A stretch of 62,418 nt of DNA, counting the filler, from Sluysia triapertura (taxonomy: Eukaryota): NCBI GenBank assembly GCA_046118255.1. It is 5 parts of 5 records of this genome, joined end to end, with 100 filler letters (N's around TTAATTAATTAA, not from the genome) between each part and the next. Parts side by side here need not be neighbours in the genome. Positions count along the whole stretch, not along the records: positions 51,461 to 62,418 come from JBJNIA010190863.1; 4 more parts are not named here. One strand, 5' to 3'. The notes under the pieces are model-generated. The model was not told the DNA's origin. It saw only the letters and a list, made by a program, of their open reading frames with translations, and searched no databases. This document shows, piece after piece, positions 52,627 to 62,418 of this stretch. Both the position numbers and the translations under genes were made by a program. Positions within the stretch are counted from its first letter, which is position 1. Each line of letters opens with the position of its first letter.

Positions 52627-53096
52627 ATGCTTAATAATCGTTAAACCTCTGGAGGCCATTACATTTTATTGAAGCAACAAATTGTTAAATACAAATATCA
52701 AAAACACTAAATATTTGTTTACTCACAATATTCAACAAGTCGATCTGTATTCCCTAATTAAATGAGGAGTCAAATTCCAATAAATTTAACAGTCTTCTCG
52801 TAACTATCGACATTTGTTATTAATACATTACTTACTTGTTTCCAACATGATTTTGAAGTTCATAAATCCTATCGAATGGTATCGTTTCATTAAGGGAACA
52901 AATAATACCACACCAAAATCGGCACTTTATCATTAATTGATGGTTGTATCTATATAATCAAAATAAGAAAAATTTTAGAAACTAAAAATTTCATCCTGAA
53001 ATAAGTGTATTAAACAATTTCCAAAAAAACTTTTATAAAAAACAAAATATGTAATATCAAAAAACCACGATAATTTTAATTCATTTTTACAATTTA

Positions 53097-53906
53097 TCAC
53101 AAAAAATAAATGAAAAACGATGCACAAATAAAAAGTACGATAAAAAATCTTAATAATAACTTTCTATTAGTTCGAATATTCGAATAAAATTTCGTTAAAG
53201 ATGTATGTGCATCTTCAATATCTAAAAAAGCACTTTCCGTTGAATTTGAAATGTGTTCAATTAATTCTTCTTGTTGTAAAAGTACTGTTGAAAATTGATC
53301 AAACATATCCCCCAATTTAACAATTGTTGCTTCAACCTGTTTTACTGATTGATTCAGAGGACGCTGACGAACTTGTTGAAGTAGTAAACCATTACTCGAA
53401 ATGGGTTGATTGTGCGAAATCTCATCCTGATGGTTATTAGCTAGTTTTGTTAAATTTAAGTTAATGATCATATCCTTTCTTTTACAAGTATCTCTTAATT
53501 TATTTGTAAAATATTTCAATTTTTTTTGACTGAACACACTTAGAGACAATACGTGAGCACGATACTGAGATTTATCTACAAAATTACTGTTAATTTCATT
53601 AAGTTTTTGATTCAAATCTGATAATAATTTGCCGTAATAATTCAAGTCATTGCCAATTAGTAGAACCAAATCATTTATACGTTCACAAACTTGTTGATTA
53701 TTCTGGAATTCAAATAATAATTCATCTATTTGATGAAATTTAAAATCAATTTCTGTAGTTTTATCATAAATTGGTTTCATGAAATCATTATAGTTGAATA
53801 AATTCTGCGACTTTGAATTAAACTTTAATTGTGGTATTTTACCTAAAACACCAGACTTAAACCGAAATCTTTCAGTTATAGCATAAAATTCTCTTGTACG
53901 TTCCAT
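53097..53906 (-). CDS. STX5: Syntaxin-5 (Golgi Qa-SNARE)
   Basis: N-terminal ERTREF (cf. DRTxEF Sly1-binding peptide); SNARE motif VEATIVKLGDMFDQFSTVLLQQEE..IEDAHTSLTKFYSNIRTNR; C-terminal TM anchor; intronless. Confidence 0.9.
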   Translation of the reverse strand: MERTREFYAITERFRFKSGVLGKIPQLKFNSKSQNLFNYNDFMKPIYDKTTEIDFKFHQIDELLFEFQNNQQVCERINDLVLLIGNDLNYYGKLLSDLNQKLNEINSNFVDKSQYRAHVLSLSVFSQKKLKYFTNKLRDTCKRKDMIINLNLTKLANNHQDEISHNQPISSNGLLLQQVRQRPLNQSVKQVEATIVKLGDMFDQFSTVLLQQEELIEHISNSTESAFLDIEDAHTSLTKFYSNIRTNRKLLLRFFIVLFICASFFIYFL

Positions 53907-56900
53907 TTAACTACATATAGATTAAAAATAAAAATATGTCCTTTGTGAAATTTAATAAAATTAACATAATAATGATTAATTTGGTATTAAAAATTCAAAA
54001 AATTAAATATTAATTAAATATTAAACAAATTAATTACAAATCTATCAACGAAGTTGATGTTATATATTAAAACAAATATTTGCACACTTTTTTTGCATTA
54101 ATTTCTTCTAAAATACACTAGATAAGTTCTTAGTTTTTTGATGTAATGACTTGATACCAATTATCTATGTACGTGCATGATACCATTTTTCTCGTGGAAC
54201 TAATTTGAGTGATGTTATTGAATGTTTTATAAATGTGTTCGATTCATTAGAAAGTATATTGACGTTGATGTCGTAAAAGAAATATAGTTCAACCAAGTGG
54301 ATTTTATTGAAATTTGAAACATTTTCATGTAAAAATTTTCGTAAGGATACTAATATCATTATGAATTATGAAATAAATGGTGATATTCTTTATTCTTATG
54401 ATATATTCGTTAAATTTTCTTGGTGTGAATTAAAGTAAAATTTTATAATTTCGTGAGATTTTGTTCATATGTGAGTGTTCATTGTATGAAAATCTATTTT
54501 CAATCACTTTTTATTACTTTTTATTACTTTCAATCACTAAGTTTTATAACTTTTATAATATTTAGTCTTAAAATTAAGAACTCTTTATTACTTATTAGAT
54601 CGTTATATAAGTTATCATTTCGGTTAAGATTTATTATCAATCTAAAAACTGAATAATGTACATCGGAGAGAGTTAACTTCAGGCTATCCCAAACTTAAAT
54701 TCTATGGATTTTAAAATTATTTTTCCTTTATAAATTTTAGTAAAATCATCTTTGATTGATATTAGGGGCACACAATCAGAAATTTGACATTAATGGGATC
54801 TTAATCTACCCTGAACAAAACAAAATAATAATAACTCGATCAATTATAATACAATAATAAGGTTAGTAATAAAAATACAACTCATTAAGAGGGTTGTATA
54901 AAATTTTAGTTGAAATATGGGAATTGTCATTTAGCCGTTTTTCGTCGGTATAATGCGTATCAGTTAAAAGGTGATATTGACAAAACTTATCAAAGTGATA
55001 AAAATAATGAGAATATTTCCATGTAAAAACTAAGCTTGAAAAGTATTGTGCCGATATATAGTCAAAATAAAACAAATCTTATCGTTCTAAATCGTGGAAT
55101 TACACCTTTAATATTTATTGATTAAATTTTAACATTGAAATCATCGAATATAATGAGATTCACTTCAAGGAAGTAAAATTCATTTTGAAAACTTTGTTAA
55201 AAGATTTTAACGATCATGCTAAATTACTTTATTTTTATGTTTTTATGTGAAACGAATAATTTTTAGAATGACTGCTGACGTGACGTTACAGATTTCCTGC
55301 AGCTGCATCAACCAAAAGATCCATTTTGGTTGATCCGAAAATTAATCAAGATATCGTTGAATTAATTGCATCAAAGAATTTTCAAAACGACTCGGCTTGA
55401 AATTATTCATTTAGTTTTAAATTATTATCTTCAAATAATTAAATTAGTTCATATATTTATTCAGTAATATGAATTAGTGTATGGAGTTCAATTGAATATC
55501 ATCTTCGGGCGACTGATGTTTTACACAGTGCAGAACATAAACAGTGAGGCATTATAAAGTTTTAATTAAGAGACTTAAGTAATTGAAATTGCTTTTTAAC
55601 ATAACTGATTATATATAAATGAGTTAAATGAAACAAATTTGAATTTTAATATGAAAAGTGAGCTAGAATGTAAGTATATTCGTGTTAAACGTCTTCAAAA
55701 GAGCTTTTTGTCATCAATCATAGTTATATCAAGATATAACATACCAAAGAAATAATTATAAAAGAGGATTTAAAAATAATAATAGAGGAACAGTACACAT
55801 GTAAGAGGTTATGAATGAAAGAGTGGAATTTCAAAAATATCAAATCACTGATTATGATATAAAAGCAATAAAGAATAATATAATGCATAATATAAGGTCA
55901 AAGAAGATTATAAACAATACTACAGATAATGATTATAGTATTATTAGAATTAATATTGATGAACCCTTATTTAGCATTTCCAAAATGTTGTTCTTTTTGA
56001 TTAACCTACATTGAGTAATGTGACCAAGTACTAATTTTAGCTTGTTTCTTGACATGCATAAAAAATAACTCTAGATTCTGATGCCAGTAAATCATTACAA
56101 ATTATGATATGACCTGTCTATGAATTATTCATAAAATGAAGTTAAGTCGTACTTGCGTTTCTGTATCATATTTATAGAAATCAAAATATTTTTATATATA
56201 AATGCTTCGATATTAGAACTAGTAACATTACATTCTTCCTTATTTTGTGGTTTTACACAAGTTATTCTGGGTCTACAGTGAGTAGTACGGTAAATATCAG
56301 AATAATATATCGAATTATTGTATATTAATGTATTGTAGATTTTTCTTTATTAATACTGGTATTTTCCTTACCTATTATTGTCATTGTTGTTGAAATATCG
56401 GAAGTACCCGGTGAATTGCATTGCTAGTCCTTTCGCAGCATTTCCTTATAATTTCTAATAACTGTCTACTATAATTATTGCAAAGAGAAAATCCTTCAAT
56501 AATTGAATGTTCACAATGTGAAACGTTAAAATTATTTGGAATTCCATTTTCAATATCAATTTCCACATTCCGATAATGGTTACAAACGTTTGTGTCTGCC
56601 TTTAATATAAACAAATTTGATATATAAACAAATTTCATAAAACAAAGTATAAAGCATCACCATCTTTAACTAAGTGATCGAATTCTATAGTTAAAATCAC
56701 TTTTTCTAACTCTTAACCTACGGCAAAATATGTTTGAGTAAGGTCCTGTTACAGCAAACGACTTATAATGTATAGGCTTTATAAGCTAATATTTTATCTG
56801 AATATAAATGCTCTGTAGTTAGGATCTTAACAAATTCTCAAATGATCAAATTTCAATAACTTATCCTACATCTTTTAATAATTAAATATTTCCCAAATTT

Positions 56901-57051
56901 TGAATTGACTGTGAAATGTGAACAATTACTCAAATTTCACAATTCCTCCAACAAAGACTCTGCAAAATTGCAAATGGCAACTAACTTCAAAATGGCTATT
57001 AAATTAAACTGATGCTAGTTTAAATACTTTCATTATCCAATAGGAATCGAT

Positions 57052-57076
57052 GGAATGTTCTAGAACATTCTAGAAG
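57052..57076. promoter_or_regulatory. Heat-shock element, five alternating nGAAn units
   Basis: gGAAt-gTTCt-aGAAc-aTTCt-aGAAg; CCAAT at 57037-57041; about 390 bp upstream of the U-box ORF. Confidence 0.6.
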
Positions 57077-57465
57077 CATCTATTCTATTTTTAGAAGCGA
57101 ATTTTCTTTTTTCGAGAATAAAATTTCTTTTTTGGAAAATAAATTTTCTTTGTTGGAAAATAAACATTTAAAAACTAATTTAAAAGACTTATGAATAATT
57201 TTAGAGCATTTTACATGATTTTAGACAACCTAACAAAAACTTCATCTTAAGCCTGATTAATGTAACTTTAATTTTGTCTTTCCTTAATTTTGTAGCTATT
57301 TGGAATATGTAAAATTTATTTGCATTTTTAAAGATTTTAACATTAATAAAAATCAAGTTTCAAAAATGGTTTTAAATTACAAAATTAAAAAATTTCTTGT
57401 TAAAATCTTAAAAGTTTAAATAAAGTCAAAAACAATTAGAATATATATTATATTAAGAAAATAAT

Positions 57466-60258
57466 ATGAAATTCGAATTGGATAATTATATACAAAATGA
57501 ATTTGAAAAATTAACAAATGAAAATGGATCATTGATATCATGTTACCACAAATGTACGGATAAAATAATACAAGAATCAATATATTGTACTTTATCTGAT
57601 GAATTGTGCAAATCACATATTGTTTTCAATATCATTTTGAGTTTGTACAACGAGACGAATGAAGTGACAATAAAAGATATGTGTTTTCAAAAATTAATTG
57701 AATACTCATTCTGTGATGATACATCAGTTATTTTGCCTTATTTCAAAAACAATTTACTATCCGTAGAAATTCAAAATTATTATATCATTGAATCTGTAAA
57801 AACTGATGTAGGTAAAAAGTCACAACTTATTTTATTAAATGACATTTCAAATATCATTGCTCATTTAAATTTAACTGATCATCAATGTTTATTATCGCTG
57901 TATGTAAACATTATAAAAGTAAATAAAAAATTACTTATCGATATGGCCAAATCAAATTATTGGTATCTCAATGATGACAACATATCTTTTAAAAACAAAT
58001 ATCATTTGTCCAGAATGATTTTCGATTGTACAGATAAATTGAATCATGAATGTGTACGTTTGGTTGAAAATATTGTATCTAGATATTTGAATGAACCACA
58101 AATTCAAACAGAGATTATAAAATTTCTAAATGATGCTCTTAAAATTAGTTCAATAAGGCTGAAAAGACATTTTAATGTCACAGAAACAACAAAGTTAATG
58201 TTTTGTTGTAATTTATATTACTGTTTAATTGAATATGTAAATCAAATAAAGCCTGAAAATATTGATCCAGACTTTTTGCTGCACAAAGAAATCGATGAAT
58301 ACACAGCACTAAGAAATATTTATAAACGTGTGTCAAATATTAATGCGATTCCAATAAATCATCATTTAAACGAAACTATTGAGCCACATAACATGTATAA
58401 TTCGTTCATGTTTTACGCATCATTAATGATGGATGGAATAATATCAAAGTGCATTTACAAAATGAAAGAGCAAGATGACGATATTGATGAACCGGAAACA
58501 GATACGAATGATAATTCAAGTAGTGCATTTTCAGATAATGATGAAACAGATACAGAAATGAGTGATTATTCAAGTAGTGCATTTTCAGATAATGATGAAA
58601 CAGATACAGAAATGAGTGATAATTCAAGCAGTACATTATCAGAATCGGGAACAGAATTGAGTGATAATTCAAGTAGTGAATTATCAGATAATGATGAAAC
58701 AGATACAGAAATGAGGGATAATTCAAGTAATACATTGTCAGATCATGGTGAAGCAGATACAGAAATGAGTGATAATTCAAGTAATACATTGTCAGATCAT
58801 GGTGAAGCAGGTACAGAAATGAGTGATAATTCAAGTGGTATATTATCAGATAATGATGAAAGGGAAAGAGAAATTAGTGGTAATTCAAGTACTAATTCTG
58901 ATATTGCTAATGCAACAGAACCTGTGGCTACACCAAATAATTCAAGCACTGAAGAAAACAGTGAAAACGTTCAAAGCCTTGGAAATCAGTTCAACTTGCA
59001 AGAAAAATGGACAAACTTTATTGAAGGTGAGTTGTATTTGAAATCTAAAACTTATAATGAAAAGAAATACCAATTTTTAAAATATTTGCAAAGTAATAAT
59101 TGTCACTGTTGGGAACATCAACCAGACCTATTGCGAGATAACATTATTGATTTTATGGAATACATATGTGATGAATGTATTGCTTCCTACGTAGATGAGT
59201 GCGCAGAGATATTTATTACGTATTGCAATTTTTGGATAAATAATTTTCGCAGCGTATTGAATTTAAATTACATGGACGCATTATTGGATGTGTACAATAA
59301 TTTGTTAACAGAAAAACTTAATTTGTCGAAAGAATCAATTCAGACAGTTTTTTATTCATTAATGGATTTCTATAATCTTGTAGACAGTCATCCAAATTTT
59401 CGGCATGATGATGAAAGAATTTTTGATATTCACCAAAGTATCAATATGATAATTATGCATATTTCAAAAATGGATTACATTGATAATGAAATATGTAATG
59501 GCAATATAGATTTAGTAAAGTTTTTTAGCATTAATATCAGTCATATATTACAAAGTTCAGATTATGTATGCATGAATGTATTTGTGCTTACCTTATTAGA
59601 TTTTGTTATTCTTGGATGCAATGCTCAGATATCACCAGTAGTTGTTTCCAGTTTTTCGATGATGTTATGTAAATTATTTTATATACTGATGAAATTTTCG
59701 ATTGATTTATCAGATAAAGTATTAGAGCGTGATTATTTATTTAAATTTTGGTATAATGATTTTAATGCTGTAATATTATTATTAAAAGAAACCTGGAATG
59801 ACAGTAAAATAGAAAAATTTATATTAGAAGATGAAGTTTATTTATCTGATGAATTTATTAACAAAAGTTTGGAATATATTGAACAAAACAAACATGGTAA
59901 AAAGTTGCATAAATTATATCGCAGAGCAACTAATATTTTAAAAACAATAAAAGAAAAACGAAATAAAACAGAGACAGTTCATGTTGATGAAATACCAGAA
60001 CAGTTTTTCGACAAAATAACTAATGAGATTATGGAAAGTCCAGTTAAATTGCCATCAAGCAAAATGATAGTGGATAGATCTACAATCATGAAGCATTTAT
60101 TAAACAATTCTTCAGACCCATTTACGAGAGTGGAGTTAAAAATCGAAGACGTGATTAGTGAAGAAAAATTAAAAAATGGAATTAGAAAATGGAAAATTGA
60201 AAACAAACACAAAAGAATTTTAACAAAATCGGTTCTTGTGAAAAAGAACAAAAACTGA
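57466..60258 (+). CDS. U-box ubiquitin ligase, Ufd2/UBE4-type U-box with a divergent body
   Basis: 930-aa intronless ORF ending in DEIPEQFFDKITNEIMESPVKLPSSKMIVDRSTIMKHLLNNSSDPFTRVELKIEDVI..KLKNGIRKW. Confidence 0.88.
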   Translation: MKFELDNYIQNEFEKLTNENGSLISCYHKCTDKIIQESIYCTLSDELCKSHIVFNIILSLYNETNEVTIKDMCFQKLIEYSFCDDTSVILPYFKNNLLSVEIQNYYIIESVKTDVGKKSQLILLNDISNIIAHLNLTDHQCLLSLYVNIIKVNKKLLIDMAKSNYWYLNDDNISFKNKYHLSRMIFDCTDKLNHECVRLVENIVSRYLNEPQIQTEIIKFLNDALKISSIRLKRHFNVTETTKLMFCCNLYYCLIEYVNQIKPENIDPDFLLHKEIDEYTALRNIYKRVSNINAIPINHHLNETIEPHNMYNSFMFYASLMMDGIISKCIYKMKEQDDDIDEPETDTNDNSSSAFSDNDETDTEMSDYSSSAFSDNDETDTEMSDNSSSTLSESGTELSDNSSSELSDNDETDTEMRDNSSNTLSDHGEADTEMSDNSSNTLSDHGEAGTEMSDNSSGILSDNDEREREISGNSSTNSDIANATEPVATPNNSSTEENSENVQSLGNQFNLQEKWTNFIEGELYLKSKTYNEKKYQFLKYLQSNNCHCWEHQPDLLRDNIIDFMEYICDECIASYVDECAEIFITYCNFWINNFRSVLNLNYMDALLDVYNNLLTEKLNLSKESIQTVFYSLMDFYNLVDSHPNFRHDDERIFDIHQSINMIIMHISKMDYIDNEICNGNIDLVKFFSINISHILQSSDYVCMNVFVLTLLDFVILGCNAQISPVVVSSFSMMLCKLFYILMKFSIDLSDKVLERDYLFKFWYNDFNAVILLLKETWNDSKIEKFILEDEVYLSDEFINKSLEYIEQNKHGKKLHKLYRRATNILKTIKEKRNKTETVHVDEIPEQFFDKITNEIMESPVKLPSSKMIVDRSTIMKHLLNNSSDPFTRVELKIEDVISEEKLKNGIRKWKIENKHKRILTKSVLVKKNKN
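58510..58890 (+). repeat. Coding 54-bp minisatellite (18-aa Ser/Asp/Glu unit)
   Basis: Units start at 58510, 58564, 58618 (45 bp), 58663, 58717, 58771, 58825, with a partial unit at 58879; consensus DNSSSxLSDNDETDTEMS. Confidence 0.95.
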
Positions 60259-62341
60259 TACTTTCTCAATAATAGCATAATACATTATATATTATTTTAT
60301 TTCTTATGTTTTTTGTCCTCAAAAGCGTAAAATTTCAAATAAGCTTTTAGATTAATAATATGATCCATGAAATCAATCAATAAAATCTGAATTTTATTCG
60401 TATATATTTTTTATAAATAATACATTTCACTTTGCATGAATACCTTTGATACGTATTATTTATTTTATATATTATATTTATATTATAATATATTTTATTT
60501 ATTATATTATTCAATAATGCAAGTAAATTATATTATGCTGATTTATTGAAATTGCTGTGGTTTTACTAATTCAACCTACTGCAAAATATTTACAATGTGT
60601 AGTTGGCGATTCTGCAACTTGATAAATTAGCTAATATCTTAAATTTAATCTTACAATCAATTTAATACTTAAGGGCCTATGTTATGAACACAACGTTAAT
60701 TTAACGAATAAAACTAACAAAATATATAAATCTACGAAGAATATGAAAAAGAAATAAAACTCAATTGAATTATAATTGTTAAAGTTAAAACTGTTTTTCA
60801 GTCTACAACTTATAATAAAATGGAATAAGTATATTTTATATCTATTTTATACCAATATATTCTTTCTTTAGAAGTTTAAAATTTTAGTGTATTTTATGAT
60901 ATTAGTCTTATTGATCAAGATTATTATCTCCTTATAAAAAATAACTTACTAATGACATTTCTTTTAACAATCTTAATTTTGAAATGATTGTCCTCGGAAT
61001 TCCAATGTAATAATTTTTGAGGGTTGTGATGACAACCTAACATATTATATTATGTAATATTATATTAATATTATGTATTCGTACAATGTAAAAGTACAAT
61101 AATATAACAATTAACTCTGAATGAAAGTTATATTATAAATTCTATTTATACTAAGTTCAACAGTAATGAATAATGACCAATAACTTAATAGTAATTCTAG
61201 TACTAGCTTTCATGATACAAAGTCACATAGTAACGACAAAAAAGTTAACTGATATCACATTAAAATTATTTAAAACATTATCAATTAAATAATAATTTTT
61301 GTAAAAGATAATGAATCATTCTTCCTTTTGTTAATTAATCATTCTTCACCTGAAACTAAGGAATCTAATTTGTAGTCGTTTGTTTTAAACAGAATTCCGA
61401 CTCAACTTTTTATATTTCAAAGTTATTTAGATTCTTTCATAATCTAAAATACTCTTAATTATAAAATACTCTTAAAACAAAACTAAATTTGAAATGATTA
61501 TAAATTATAATATTGATAAAATTTTTAAAACATTATTTTTTAAAAAGCATATTTTGAATTTTTTAACCATTTTATTATTAAACTAATTTTGTCATTGTCG
61601 ATTGATCGATTAATAAAACTGTGTTTTTAATTAATTGAAAATTTTCATTATAATAAATTATGATCATTAATGCGAGTATCTTTGTTTTAAGAATAAGTTA
61701 ATGAAAATGGAAAAATGTTTACTAACTTTTTGATTGGTATTTTCATTTTTAATGACTAAGCATTTTCAACGGATTTAATTTAATATTTAAATTAATTTAT
61801 AATAACTTACCAAGTTAATAAGTTTCTGTGTTATTTTGTTTAATACAAACAATTCGACTTAAAACTTTGAGCAAGATTGATAAATGCTATTTCTATATTA
61901 TTGAAATTATTAATATAAATATTATTATTAAATATTAGTAAAATTTGTAAATTATGAGATGATTCAATGAAGATAATTTACAATTTTCGAGATTTATGTT
62001 TTGGAAAAAGAGTAATTCAAAAAAAGAAAACGTTTCTGTAAATGGAAAAGTTATTTCTGCTAATAAAGAATTAGAAACACTAGCTGAAGAATTCTCTAAA
62101 ATTGAAAATAGTGAAAAAGAAAAGGACGAAACAATCAAAATTACAAATCAAAAATCAATTGAAAATAAAAATTTTAACAACATTAATCAAAAACAAATAA
62201 ACTTAATAAAAACGGCGAATGTGTTCTAAAAGTTCCATGATAAACCATTACAAAAAACAAAGAATGTCAACTTATAAATCGAATTTGCTAATAAAGAAAG
62301 TATAAATCAGCTAATGATGGCATTAAACAAAATCTTAAATG

Positions 62342-62418
62342 TGTTGGGATTAGTGAAGAATAAGGGTTGATATAAGGGTCAAAACTTAGGATAACAGAAT
62401 AAGTGGAACGTTATTAAA
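62342..62418 (+). repeat. LTR-like repeat start, copy of 2403-2480
   Basis: Direct sequence similarity; it interrupts the disrupted ORF starting at 61996. Confidence 0.7.

Noticed and set aside
52650-53000. Exon/intron-like pattern downstream of STX5 on the minus strand
   Set aside because: Good donors (gtaagt, gtgagt), but no splice combination gave a stop-free frame.
58406-59041. ORF-track entries 58406-58834(-) and 58823-59041(+)
   Set aside because: Antisense or alternate-frame shadows of the coding minisatellite in the U-box gene.
1-62418. tRNA/rRNA genes, CRISPR arrays, prokaryotic operons
   Set aside because: None seen by eye; spliceosomal introns and eukaryotic genes argue against a prokaryotic source.

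Overview
Very AT-rich eukaryotic (animal) genomic DNA with very short spliceosomal introns (35-90 nt). The compact introns and divergent proteins suggest a reduced parasite genome such as an orthonectid, but this is inference only. The window is not one contiguous locus: four identical 100-nt linkers (44 N + TTAATTAATTAA + 44 N) join five separate pieces (1-14687, 14788-28574, 28675-39871, 39972-51360, 51461-62418). Clear host genes: a 5'-partial brahma/SMARCA2/4 gene (5 exons), syntaxin-5, a 930-aa Ufd2-type U-box protein with a perfect heat-shock element upstream, a 2-TM protein, and a CCCH-zinc-finger/Eps15-C-terminus chimeric ORF. Not in the ORF track but visible in the sequence: a TGF-beta-family terminal exon and a candidate small spliced secreted-peptide gene. 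The rest is largely decayed mobile DNA: Polinton-type pPolB, a Ulp1-protease/zinc-finger element (NeSL/Utopia-like), mariner, Tc1/IS630, hAT and piggyBac MITEs and an L2 LINE 3' end. There are also unclassified repeat families, including arrays of bulged hairpins and a multi-copy ORF family I do not recognise. All protein assignments come from manual motif recognition, not database searches.
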